A DNA stretch of 64,000 nt from Spironucleus salmonicida (GCF_000497125.1 NC_090599.1:1488001-1552000); one strand, 5' to 3'. Counted from the stretch's first letter, positions 28,332-40,867 are shown. Notes: generated from the letters alone by a model not told the origin. Program-made: numbers and translations.

Positions 28332-28946
28332 TCACAAATAAGTGGTATCTAACTAGCAGTAAGTATTACCATAGTCATCTGTCTTAAGTAAAATGCCAAC
28401 CTGACGCTTTTTCCCTTTTCTAAAGGCGGATAAAATAGTATCCACTAGAACAATAACAAGTTGAATAGGAAAAGCCCAAGTAATAATTACTTCTAATATC
28501 TTTTTTCCACTATCAGTATACATGTAACGTTTCAACTGTTCAGGTGACACCCTAATATTAGCAGCGGATAAGAAGTTTTTAGAAATAAAAACGATACCAG
28601 TTGCATTGTTGATCCAGAGCCAATTATATATACAACAAATAAGAAAAATAGCACATATAGATTGGGAGATAGTGCCGAAAAGATTGATATACTTACGATT
28701 TAATAACCATTTGAGTGAATTTTCAACAAATGCAACTGTTAATGAGAAAATGACTCCCCATGTCATGTGGAAGTAGATTCCTGATGGAGGAAGTATCATG
28801 GTAAAATTTTTATTCGCTATGACAGCTGCAAAGGTGATGAAAACTTCTATAACTGCAAGTACTAATATTGTTATAAATGGAACAAAGCCTACAATGTGCT
28901 TCTAAGGTATTGCCAGTACCACCGCGCTTTAGTGTGCTTACGACAT
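28332..28946 (-). CDS. transmembrane protein (about 4 TM), 204 aa
   Basis: extends track ORF 28353..28799 at both ends in table 6; four hydrophobic segments and a basic tail. Confidence 0.8.
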
Positions 28947-29118
28947 TTATATTTTCTAAAGATACGATAATATATAATTTATTGAATATAATATAGTAAC
29001 ATATTTGTTTTTAGTTTTTAGTATATAGAATGATTTTAAATAAACTAAATTTTAATAAACTTATTTTTATTTTAATACTATATTTAAAATTAATATATAA
29101 TAATAATATGTATTACAA

Positions 29119-29883
29119 ATGAGTGTGATTTAGTGTAGAAAAGCTACCAAGGACTATACGAAGAAACGTGACGATATGATGACGATATAGGCCAATGATA
29201 TAATAGAAGTATATAAAATTGAAAAGAATGGATGGTCACATGGTAAAAACCTTACAACAAATACAATAGGCTGGTTTCCTCATGCATTTACAGTCTTAAA
29301 CGAGACTGAGAATTGTGATTCATAGTCTCAAGATTATGAATCTTTGCTTAATTAGGAGTTATAAATCGAACATGAATTACGCTAGAAATTAGTAGATGTT
29401 AGATAGCAGAAATAACTCAACATAATGTTTTAGATCGCTCCTGAGGCTGAGGAACTTGAATAATAAAATTTATTATTAAAATAGCAAATTTTATTACGGG
29501 AGAAAGAAGTTTTGTTGCAAAAATGTGAGCTTTTGCGTCTGCTTGGGACTGAAAATGATCAGATTGTATATAATAATGAAGTTAAAAATTATTCAGATTT
29601 ATAAAAATCGTAAGAAAAAGCAGTTGATACATTGTCTAAGCTTACAGAAGAACTTACAGTTTAGTTAGTTTCTGAAAAAACTGTTTGCGAACTCTAATAA
29701 AAGGTTGATGAGTTGAATACGAAAGTTAGGTCTGCTCGTAGTGAGTCAGAAGGAGTAAAGTCAAAAATAGTTTAAGACATAGGAGAGTAAATTAAGTAGT
29801 AAAAAGATGGAAGACTAGAAATACTGTTAGGTATTGATTATTGTGATATCGCAGACGAGTATTTAAAAGTTGTAAGTAAGTGA
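29119..29883 (+). CDS. SH3 domain + coiled-coil protein, 254 aa
   Basis: ATKDY..RDDMMTIQANDIIEV..EKNGWSHGKNL..IGWFPHAF; AGTGA stop. Confidence 0.85.
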
Positions 29884-29896
29884 GAATTTGCTTAAA

Positions 29897-30166
29897 TCAC
29901 CCGCTCTTAAAGATTAGGAAGGCAAGTTAACCTACATAAAAATAAATCATCCTTTTAGCTTCATGGGAGATGTTTGTGGTGAAATTTTTACCAACGAGCA
30001 CGTGCCAACAGGGCTAAAATTTCTTATCGAACTCTTTCTTAATGTAGGCTGATATATCTTTTTCCAACACAAAACGCTCCATAGCTTGAGATGCTAATTC
30101 TTAAGCCTCACCTTGCATGTCTTCTGGCATATCCTGAAGTTTTATGATAATTTGACGATCTGACAT
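29897..30166 (-). CDS. DYNLL: dynein light chain LC8 family, 89 aa
   Basis: MSDRQIIIKLQDMPEDMQ..EKDISAYIKKEFDKKF.PCWHVLVGKNF..HE..IYFYVGQLAFLIFKSG. Confidence 0.95.
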
Positions 30167-30170
30167 TTAT

Positions 30171-30179
30171 ATTGCGGAA
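30171..30179 (-). promoter_or_regulatory. TTCCGCAAT motif just upstream of LC8
   Basis: same motif upstream of the 42493 gene (42518-42526); variant TTTCGCAAT upstream of ZMYND12 (10089-10097). Confidence 0.4.
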
Positions 30180-30212
30180 GGAAAAATATAACTGTGTAAC
30201 TAAATAATAATA

Positions 30213-30833
30213 TCATTCAGGAAAAATCTTCAAAGTTATATATTTGTCAAATTATTTTTTTGAAAAATCATTAAAACCAAGTTGCTTCCAGTCTGAGACA
30301 TATCTATTGACGAAAAGACCTGCCAATTTCCCACATGTACTTTTTCTGTAAATTCTGCAATAACTTTCGAAAAAAATTATCTTAGTAGTAAACTTTCTCA
30401 TTATAGTATAGTATTTACACACTAATATTACTGGTAATGCTGTTCCTGGTCCATTTGTAATAAGTAACGCTGGACGGTAATATCCTACAACACCTGCAAC
30501 TCCGAGAATAGCTTAAATAGTTGAAAAAATACTAGAAAAATACGACTAACCTACTTCTCTAGCCCTCGGAATTTTTATGAAATGACCAGCAGGATACTGC
30601 TTGAGAAAAACGGTTTCTGAAAATCTGTCAGTCTCGGCAAGCAGAAATATCATATTTTTAGGTTTAACGTGGGATAGAATTTCGAGCATTTCCCTGGTAT
30701 GCCCCCCAGACCCCAAAACGACCATGGTGACATCTGATGTATTAGGCTTCGCAAATAGTTTAAAAAACAGGGTCAGACACACAGCAAGCACGCAGAGCAT
30801 CGTAACCCCCAAAAATGCTACAGCAACGGCCAT
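30213..30833 (-). CDS. ALG14: UDP-GlcNAc transferase subunit ALG14, 206 aa
   Basis: N-terminal anchor, VVLGSGGHTREM, IPRAREVGQS, TNGPGT, FESYCR. Confidence 0.93.
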
Positions 30834-30941
30834 TAAATTTTATGTGCCCCATTTTATATAATATTCGCGTATATTGTTAATTTTAAAAGGCTAATTTTTC
30901 ACCTACCGTACTATTAACTCTTTTCGCTTCCGCCTTCCAAA

Positions 30942-31553
30942 ATGGCATCGGCATACCTCCCGCATCACCCGGAAGTCGCTGCGCAGCGCGCAACACTCCA
31001 AGCCTCCAATTCGCTCCAGACCTCTAATGCGGTCTAGGGCACGCGGCTCTCTGAAGCCGTTTCCGCGCTCTCCGCGTCCTTCGGGGAGCTGCACACGCTG
31101 GAGGCGCACGCGGCGGAGGCGAAGAACGCAGTCGAAATCCTCCAAAACTTCGCAGCGGAAACGCACGCGAAGAACGAGTCCCTGAAGGTGCTGCTGGACG
31201 AAACGGACGCCTGGAACCAAAATTTGAGGGCCAAAATAGCGCGCGTCCGCGGCCTGTAACTCGCGCAAAACGACACAGAATCGCTCAAAAAAATCGCAAA
31301 TTGCAAGGCGCACGAGAGTCGGAAATTGCAAAAACAATTTGATTTTTCACTCCAATTGATGGAGGAGTTGAAAATTTGGAACGCGCGCAAGATACCCGAA
31401 ACACTGCAGTTTTCGTGGCTCTAGGAGCTGCAGAAGTCGACGGTTTCCGTCGCGCGGCTGCTCATCGGGCTCAAAGAGGCGTTGGATGTGGAAAACGGGG
31501 CGAATAGCGCCCTGGAGAGAAGTTTGGAGATGAGTTTGGGGCCTTTGGAGTGA
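30942..31553 (+). CDS. GC-rich helical/coiled-coil hypothetical protein, 203 aa
   Basis: MASAYLPHHPEVAAQR...LGPLE-TGA (AGTGA); G/C-ending codons; C-rich leader; still has in-frame TAA/TAG Gln codons. Confidence 0.8.
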
Positions 31554-31869
31554 GAGGTATTTTTGGCTAATTCGCTGAGTTTTTAAGGCAAGGAGATAGT
31601 TGCTCTGAGCAAATTAAGGAGAAACGGCGCAGTTTTAGTTCAAATAGGGATTGAGGTTTCTAAAGTTTAATTGTGTTGCTGTGGAAATAGGTTAATTATG
31701 GTATTTGATAGTTAAGAAAAGTGATGTTCATGCTAACTACTTCTTAGGTATTAATACTAATATTGGCATTCGAATGCTGAGTTAGTGTAGTCAGGATAAT
31801 AAACCACTGAATAAAGTGCAAGTTGTGTTGAAATCAGAGGCGGTAGCTTCTATTATCACACAAAAATGC

Positions 31870-32640
31870 TCACTTCACGAATCGTGACAAATGACGCTGG
31901 TTGTTCAAGAACGGAAAATATTAAGATTTAGAGAGGATTTTGTTCTAAACTTCCGCCAACTTTTACTATGTTATAACAAGTATTTTATTCTTGTTAAGTT
32001 TAGAAGAAAGCTACGGGACAGGGAGTGTTTCCCCCAAAATCAAAAAGTTGAAAACAGATTGAAGTGTAGACTAATTAACCAAGAGCAACCGGGATAAATT
32101 TAGTTATGTATTCGTTAATATTATTGTGTTAGAATTGAAATAATAAGCAAACGGAGCGATTATATCATAAATATTGGTAGAAAAAGTGAAAGATAGAACA
32201 GGAATATTTAACGATTTCAGTTATAGAAGCAAATTAGGTACTAAGTCTGGATCAGAATATGTTACAAAAGCAAAAAGTTGCTAGTTATGCAATTCTTAAA
32301 AAGCTAAAAGAAAGTTTATCTACGCTAAGTTGAGTAAACTCGTCATCTCATGCTAGATAAATAGGAGTAGGGGACCTACTAGCTAGTTTTTGATATAAGC
32401 TTCGATTTATATGAATATAGAAAGATCATTAAATAACGTTTCTAGCTAACTTGATTACTAAAGAGATAATGGGGTTGATATCTATTTAATGAAAGTTGAA
32501 TTTTTTATATTTTTCTCTTAAACTGTAAGTTAAGTGGAATATTGCAATGGTAACTTACTCATAAATGGTAATTTAGTGTAATCAATTGTGAGTTGTTCTC
32601 GTTGGAATACCGAAAGTGATAACTCATTGAGAAAGGTCAT
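31870..32640 (-). CDS. hypothetical protein, 256 aa
   Basis: MTFLNELSLSVFQ...SRFVK-TGA, AGTGA stop. Confidence 0.7.
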
Positions 32641-32733
32641 TAAATATGAAATTTACAATATTATTATATTCAAATATAAGATTCTATAATATAACATTAT
32701 ATTCTATTATAATTAATTTACATTTTAAAAATT

Positions 32734-33624
32734 ATGCCCCTTACTCCAACACCTAAAAACAAGCGATACAATGATATGATTAATTCTACTGTTCTATATG
32801 ATAACATATTCAATTCATAAGCGTCTGTCGATCATTCACCTCCCTATACACCAATTGCAAAATTTATGAAACGAGCTCATAACGAACTACCATTACATTA
32901 ATAGGTTACGAATTCGGTATTAAATTCAAAAATAGTTGCAGAAGGGAAAAGATAAACTATGCACCCTGCTATTTCATCACCTGTTAAATTGAGAATGTAA
33001 CACAATAATAATGCTGTTCGAGAAAGACGCAATGATGAAACGAGAGCTATTTCAGCCCATCTCAATTAAAGAGTGTCGGAAGTTAAAAGTTAATATTCAT
33101 AAAAATCTCCATCAATGCGGCATATAGTTATGGGTGGGTATAAAGGACCAGTTTATAAATTACCAAAATAACCTATTAAAACTAGGTACGACTTGTTAGC
33201 TAATGATTACGAATAGTAAAAATAAATATTTAAGGAGTAGTCCAGGCAAAAAAGCTTAGAAAAATAAGTTATTGGAAATCTTTGTTCAAATTATGCAATG
33301 AGTTAGAAGGAGAGCGTTATGTTTATTTAGGCAAAGGGGGGCATTGATAAATTACTAAATAAGAGAGTGTAAAGTAGTAATTAAAATAAAAATAATGGTA
33401 GTACTGAAAATTAAGAATATGAGTCATGGTATAGAAATAATTAACAACAAGATTGCGGAATTCAAATCTAAATTATTGATAATGAATAATCTATTTCAGT
33501 AGGATCAGTATCTGACCTTCTTTTGATTAAAGTCCCAGCAGAAAATTTAGATGAAATTAGTATTATAAACGATAAAGATATTGAATAATGTGATGACTAT
33601 AATAACAATCAGTCTATTGTTTGA
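32734..33624 (+). CDS. largely disordered hypothetical protein, 296 aa
   Basis: MPLTPTPKNKRY... open to TGA 33622-33624. Confidence 0.75.
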
Positions 33625-33633
33625 ATAATTCAC

Positions 33634-34266
33634 TCATGAACTTATAGCTTCTTCTCCTAGTGATTCAGGTGTTTTCCGAATTCTTTTTCTCTTGTCTCTT
33701 TCGCCTAATTCTATTGATTCTGAGACATCGTAATTATCAAAATTAGCAGTAGTTTTTACACCCACAAAATTAGCATATAAAATATATTGATCTTAGCAGT
33801 TGGTTTTACTTTCTGATAGTAGTGGAATAGGGTGATTAACATCAGGAGCATTGGGAAAGATAATCCGCTGAGTTAATTTATAAATATAACTAATGAGACA
33901 GTTCTCTAGAAACTGAACAAGAGCTAATCCGGATAGAATAAGTTACAGCAAAAATAAAATTAGCTTAAAATTTTCAGAAAATAGAATGTAAAGTACATTA
34001 TACACGATATAATAAATACTTAATGCTAAATTAGTAGCAGACATTGCATTTATGCAGATAAAGGTAATAGGCTTAATGTTGAGTGTGCAGATAATTATAA
34101 CAAAAGAAGTAAAACCTGACAAAATGGCCATAAAATCTTTATATACTGCAATTAATGTTATTGATAATGCTAAAATTCCCATAGATAGAATAGATTAACT
34201 AATAATTAGTCCCATTACTAGATAAAAATATCGTTTTTGCTTCTTATTATTTAGAATTGGATCCAT
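33634..34266 (-). CDS. transmembrane protein (about 4 TM), 210 aa
   Basis: includes track ORF 33943..34182; ends TGAGTGA. Confidence 0.7.
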
Positions 34267-34349
34267 AAAATAATGTTCATAACATTAGTAACATTATTAA
34301 AATTATTACTATATAATAATATGTTAGACTTTTCACTTTTCATTTCACA

Positions 34350-35468
34350 ATGGGAAAACCTGATTAAAAGCATAAGAAGACACTTGTTAATGAAATCCGA
34401 GGTATTAATCTTAAAAAGAAAACACATAAAGATAAAACCAATGTTGATGATTTGAAGTTAATGGTAGATGAAGATATTATATTAAATGTTAGTGAATAGT
34501 CACTTAAATTGAATGCAAACTAACCTAAACCTGTTATAAATAAAAAAGCTGCAGATTTCTTTTAAGTTGTAGATATGGAGAAGTTGGATATTTTTGATCA
34601 GGTAGACGTATTAGATGATGAGGCATTAATTTAAAATGTTATTAATTCTGCGCCTACTTCTCCTGCAGAGGTTCTTTAATCATTAACACCAGTATTTTAG
34701 CAATTATCCATTGTTTTCAGAGATTATCGTTCTGGATCATTGCCCAAATTAATGCGATCCTTACCATCATCTAATCTATGGTTGTAGCTTATGAAGTTAA
34801 CAAATCCTCTTGAATGGTCTCCTAATGCTACAAAAGAATTAACCAGATTATTTATTTCGATGTTACCAGAAAAAGAAGCTTTTTTCTATATAAAAGACCT
34901 TTTAATGCCACGAGTAAGATAAGATCTTCTTTTAAAGCAGAAATTATCATTGTAAGTTTTTGAATCCCTAGTTAAATCTACATATAAACCATTGGCTTTT
35001 CTTAAGGGTTGTGTATTAGAAGTTATATAAGCCGATGATTCTGCAGGGTTAGTACGAGCAGTAGGTAGTGTTATTAAACGTTGCTCTCTTCCTAGAATGA
35101 GCGTTATTAGCTTCATATAAGTCCTGACAGAAGCAGATCCAAACGGCGCTAGTTTGGCATTTTTGGCAACTTTATTAAGCAAGAATTACAGTTTAACTCC
35201 ATAAAACTTAGATAGTGTGTTCAATTATATCATGAAGTATACCGGTGCTATTACAAATTTGGTTTTTTATGATTTGATATTGATATTTGTCAAAAGCTAT
35301 GGCAACTCATTAAGCGGAGAATAACAAGTTACACTATATGAAAAAATGAAGCAATTTAAACATTAGGGTGGTATATCAGAGGAAATTTTGAGAATAATTA
35401 AGCAGTGTTCTATCTAAAATAAGTAGAAATAACTTATGACATTCGGTTAGGATGATATTATTATATGA
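34350..35468 (+). CDS. ENP1: bystin/Enp1, 40S biogenesis factor, 372 aa
   Basis: YRSGSLPK, LTNPLEWSPNA, TRLF, LLMPRVR, KSTYKPLAFLKG. Confidence 0.9.
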
Positions 35469-35480
35469 GTAAAATAATTT

Positions 35481-36173
35481 TCACACTTTAATTGCTTTCT
35501 TTGCTTCAATTAACATTTCATATTTTTATATGTCAGCATTAAGAGTTTTCTCATTCTCCACATTAACCATTTAGATTAATTTAAGGTCCTGAGTTTAATT
35601 ATCTAAGTCCGATTTTCTCGTTTTAAATGCTTATAATTCTCTTTTCTTCTTCACAATTACACGGGCTAATCCGCTTAGATTAATACCAATTTATGAATCT
35701 TATTCTTTTTTCTATTTTAACATTTCCTAAATTTCTTAATCATGAACTTCAATTTATGGTTTGAATTAATCAATACCATCCTTTAGTAACTCTATGATTG
35801 ACTGTGTTTCAGGAAGAATATTAATGAATGTTTCTAATGCCAAATTTAGCTGCTCACACGTAATGAGTTTTTATTGTTTTTGCTAAGAAATAGAACCAGG
35901 TTACGCATTAACTAAAATTTTTAACTATTCTAATTAGTTATCTAAATCAAGCTGGAAAGGATTTTATTTTTAGATAGGCTATTTCATCTATTTTAAATGT
36001 GAGGGTAATATAATAAGTTTTTTTTATTTTTCAGGTTTCTCAAAAGGCCTAGGCAAAGATGATTATCCAGATTATATTTTTAGTTTTATGGCATAATTAG
36101 GCGATGCTGTTATCATTCTTTTTGGTGTTAGAGCAGGTTTAGTGGGTAGCCAATCAAAGAACTTTTCAGGCAT
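35481..36173 (-). CDS. coiled-coil hypothetical protein, 230 aa
   Basis: MPEKFFDWLPTKP...KQLKV-TGA. Confidence 0.7.
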
Positions 36174-36234
36174 TTTGCTAAATTTCAATTATTTAATATT
36201 ATATTCTGAAAAATATAACATATTTGTAAATCTA

Positions 36235-37044
36235 ATGAGTAAATCCATTGAAACAAGAATTACGATTAAGGATTATAAAAAAGAAAGAGATGATATGATT
36301 GAAATTATAAAAGGAGATAATATTAATGTTATAAGTCATACAGAAAAAGGATGGTCTATGGGTAAAAATCTTAGAACAGGTCTCTAGGGTTGGTTCCCAT
36401 TAGCATTTACATAAGAATTAGAATAAGAAGATGAATACTATTATTATTCAGACGAAGACTAAGAAGATTTAAAAGCCTAACCAAAGAGGCCTTAAAAACC
36501 AGTCAGAAATCCTTAGTAGTAAGGTTAAACAGCTAAACAATCAAAAGACCAACTTTTATAAAAAATTGAGGGATCAAAATTATTATAGGCAAAAATTATC
36601 AAAGAAATCGACATGCTTTCTAAAACAGAAACTATTGATCTTCCATTTTAATTAACTAATGATTAATCATTATTTGTTGTTTAAGAAGAAAATTAGTTAT
36701 TAAAATAGTAACTGCACTCACTGGATTAAGAAATTAATATAAATTAATCAGCAATATAAGCAATATAATAAGATTAAGTAGACGTTATAGATTGCACATT
36801 AATTTCTTAAAATTTGGACGAAAAAAGCTAACAAAACTTATCCTGTTTAAAGTAGTTACTAGTTAATTACAATGAATTGAAGATTCGCTAAGATAAAATT
36901 TCAGGATAAAATTTAGTGGCAGAAGAATATTTGACACTTGTCTCTTTATAGAAGCTTAAAAAGGGTTTAGAAAAAGAACTAGAACTTCTCAATCATCTTA
37001 AAATTTCTACTGAGATAGAAGGATTTTTAGCCGGAGCATTGTGA
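36235..37044 (+). CDS. SH3 domain + coiled-coil protein, 269 aa
   Basis: TIKDY..RDDMIEIIKGDNINV..EKGWSMGKNL..QGWFPLAF; paralogue of 29119..29883. Confidence 0.85.
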
Positions 37045-37061
37045 TAATGTGTTACTCACTT

Positions 37062-38285
37062 TCAATTAACTACAATTAAACAAGATGGAAATAATTTGCT
37101 AAGAGTATACTAACACTAATAATGGATATTAGAAAACATTAACATATGTAAATTCTTAAAAATCTACCAGTTTAATATTATATATTCATAAATAATTTCA
37201 CCGCTTAAAACTAGTTCTGAAGCGTTATGGAAGCTATATATACATTAAACATCTATGTGTATAGATAGACACACCACTTTGATCTTTTCAAAAACCACAT
37301 TCTATGTACTATAAATTCTACCACATTATTCTAAGCTTAGAGTTTCTAATTGAGTACAATCTTTCAATATTTATAGATCAACTTATAACTCATTTTTATC
37401 CAAAACTAGAGTTTACAAATAAATTAATTATCTCAAAAAAACAATTGATTATAACTAACATTTTGATAGCTCCAGTTTTTATATGCGTTTATTTAATTTA
37501 ATAAATTAAAAACAGTTATTACTTGCCATTAACTTTTAAAGGTTGTAGCATTTCTCACAATCTATTTCAGTAAGACCACACCCTTCTACTCTTAGTTCTT
37601 TAAGAGTTACTATACATATTTTCACATTTAAAAGCTGACAGTATGAAAGATTTAGTTTTCGTAAATATTAAAACTTATCTAAAACGTTAATATTTGTAAT
37701 CTAGGAATTCTAGGCCGAAAACTCAAACAGTTGCATATTTAAACTCATAATTTATTTGTTATTAACTGCTGTATGATCGAAATTCAGTTATCTTAAATAT
37801 GTAAAAAAATTTAAAAACTCGAATGTATATAATGGTAAATTTGATAAATTGGTTTCATAAATTACATTTTATTATCGAAAAAATTGATTTTGGCCATAAA
37901 TATAGTTTAAAAATATGTAAATTTAATCGGTGTTCATATTAAATTCTAGTAAAAGTTCTTTGATTAGATCAGAAAATATAAAGCAGTAATCCCGTCGATT
38001 TACTTCTTAATTTTTAATAATAAGTTTCGATAAATTAGGTACCGCATTATAAATAGCCTCAATTGGAAGTTTGTTTGAATTTATTTTTAATATAGTAATT
38101 TTATCATTGTTTAAAATAGTAAATAATTATTAAATTTAAGTCAATGAATTTATCTCTAAACTTATAACATTATTGGTAAGCTCAATTTTGAAGTTTCCAG
38201 TTTAATCAATAAATTATTTAGTATCAAATTAATCTGATTCATTGCCGAGTTATTTTTTGATTGTATCTAAAATACCACACCCCAT
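37062..38285 (-). CDS. leucine-rich repeat protein with MGCG N-terminus, 407 aa
   Basis: LxxLxLxxC/N repeats (LRKLNLSYCQL, IQKLELSKCQL, LETLSLEQC); TGA followed by AAGTGA. Confidence 0.75.
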
Positions 38286-38358
38286 AATAAAATATAAATT
38301 CGATAATATTAAATAATAATATGAATATAATTTTGTTCTGTCCTTTTTTCACTTCTAA

Positions 38359-38991
38359 ATGAGTAACAATTAAGTTATGAAAGAGTACGTACAGAAACTA
38401 AAAGACTACGCCTTTTCTAAATTTGAGCTTAATGATTTTGCACTTTGTGAAAGGTTATCATCTTAAAACTAAGAATTTTGGACCAAATTTTGCGCAGATA
38501 ATAAAATACCACATGAGAAACACTAGCTTGTTTTTAAAAATTTATAAGAATAGATATATGCAGATAAATTTAGTACATATAAGCTTAATATTCGTTACCA
38601 TGTGCTTAAAACTCTTATGGAAACAGGAGAAATTCTTAGAATAAATGCTCTTACCAAAGAAGACATTGAAACTTTTGTATCTACCATTGCGGGCCTTTTC
38701 AATGATATTCCAGCATTTTTGGTTAAAAACTATACCAGATAAATGACTACTAAGCTTACAGAAATTAAAGATGCTACCTAACTTGTTGAAAGATTAAATT
38801 ATGAAAAATAAACTGCTACAGATAAGTAATTCCCACTTTGTTTAGAGTTCCTTGAAGAGTATTAATAATTTTTGTAAGCATTAATAGATTTTATTCAGAT
38901 AGAAGAAGAAAAATTTGAAGGAGAAGAAGAGGAACTTTAGGAAGGAGATTGCTGTGACGAGCACTGCGATAAGGACTGTCATGGTCATTGA
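38359..38991 (+). CDS. helical protein with acidic and Cys/His-rich tail, 210 aa
   Basis: MSNNQVMKEYV...EEEELQEGDCCDEHCDKDCHGH-TGA; pyrimidine-rich leader. Confidence 0.8.
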
Positions 38992-39773
38992 GTTATGTTT
39001 GTTATCAGTTTATAATCGTACCCCTATTCTTTTATGAATTCTTCGACCAACCCACGGAAAAAAATTTAGCCATTCATTACTGTCCATCTTGCACCTTTAC
39101 CATTTAATAAACGAACTTCAACTATATTAGTTTCTTAGGTTAACTAAAAATAATTAATCCATACAGAATTTTCTAGTATAAATAATAGGAAATTCAGTGA
39201 TGTTTGATTCTATTAAGTATAATTTCCTTTTACTTCTCCCCAAAATATACTACGTTACGCATGTTTAGCCCATGCCTTTGCTAGTTAGGTTCTTTTAATA
39301 TCTTTTTCCAACTTTTAACATGCTGAAAAGAGTAAATTTTATTAAGTAATTAATATATTAATATTTATAGTACCAATGGTATTTTTGAATTAGAGAATAT
39401 CTAAGATTTTAGTGATATTAAGTTAATTAAAGAATTACGTATAATTTAAATCTGTAAATTTGACAAGTTAGTCATTATAACTTGATAATTTACATAATGG
39501 CTAATTATTTAATATAGCTGATTCATATATTGGAAAAATTAGATAGGATAACAGAGTAGATAAATAAGGATACTGCTTTCCTTAAATGTATGTAGAAGAT
39601 GCAACTAAAAACTAATTCATGGTGTATTCGATATCTTAATACCTTAATATTAAATGTGATTATTATAATTAGTCTTGCTGTAAAAGGTATAATGATTACT
39701 CTAATAATTACGTGTGCAAACGTTAGTGTTCATTATTGAGCCGGTTTAATGCAAGCTAAGTATCTGGAATCAT
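38985..39773 (-). CDS. protein resembling the non-ASCH part of plant ASCH-domain proteins (toxin-like C-terminal domain), 262 aa
   Basis: ILDILQFKNTIGT, LAKAWAKHAQRSIFWG, WINY, VEVRLLNGKGARW, FRGLVE; start could instead be ATG 39620. Confidence 0.75.
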
Positions 39774-39827
39774 TCCTATCTTAGAGATAATTTATATAAA
39801 ATAATTATATTAATATTTTTCACTTTA

Positions 39828-40412
39828 ATGGTGAACCTCGAAATAAAATAAAAAGTGGAGTCCATTTTAGAGTCAAAAACAAGTCTTAATGGAACCGAAA
39901 TGATTATATTTATTGAAAAGCAAGGTTCTGAAGAGTTTTTAAAGTAGGTTATAGATTTTGATAGCAAAATAGTAAAATTTGCATATATTGATATAAGATA
40001 GCGATATTATATACCAGTATTGAAGGCTATTGAAACTAACTTTTATTTAGAACTTTTACAATAACTTATTGATCTTAAATTTCTAAACTAGTTAGATACT
40101 GTTTAAAATGACTAAATTTAACAAATATAAGACATTATTTAAAAAAATTTCAAGGATATACCCGTATTTGTTCTTAAAATGCATATAAAATTCTCAATTC
40201 GCGATATTAAAAAAGCTATAAAAAATGATTATCTCACCCATTTTATTTATGAAACATTAATCATAAATGATGACAATAAATAATCAATATTTTGCTTTTT
40301 AAGTAATTTGAATCATTACTGTAAAGAAAATTAGATTCATTTTACTTTAAAGAAGCTAAGTGTGAAAAAGTCGGAAGAGCAGAATTAGGATTGCAATGAA
40401 TAATAAGAATGA
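39828..40412 (+). CDS. hypothetical protein, 194 aa
   Basis: MVNLEIKQKVESIL... open to TGA. Confidence 0.7.
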
Positions 40413-40454
40413 TATTATTATACTTAATATATGTATTATATTATCATAAATTAT

Positions 40455-40841
40455 ATGTCTTTAGCAAAATAATTAGAATAGACACAACAAACACTTGAAT
40501 AGGCATTAGAACAATGTGCTTTTAATGAACTAAAAGCAAATATGTTAGAAAACAAGCTGCTAAATGTTCGAAAAGAATTTGATAATGCAATGGTATATTA
40601 TTAGGAAGAAATTGAACGAACAGTTAAAGATAACTTAGACCTTATAAAATAATTAAACTCATTTAAAGAATCGTAGATTTCTTTGTTGTAAATACAGCAG
40701 TAAAACTCAGATGTTTCATAATTTAAATAAAAGTTTAACTCAGTCGAGGATATTTTTGAGTATTACTATAATTTAGAAGTTGCAGAATTAAACTAGCTGT
40801 AGCGTATATTAGAAATAAGAAACAAAAAATCCTTTAAGTGA
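40455..40841 (+). CDS. coiled-coil protein, 128 aa
   Basis: MSLAKQLEQTQQTLEQ...KSFK-TGA (AGTGA). Confidence 0.7.
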
Positions 40842-40867
40842 TTATAATTTAAATCATAAAAACAAAA

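Noticed and set aside
30942-31553. GC-rich gene as a foreign insert or contamination
   Set aside because: Uses host TAA/TAG-Gln and an AGTGA stop; no terminal repeats or mobility genes; GC grades into the flanks.
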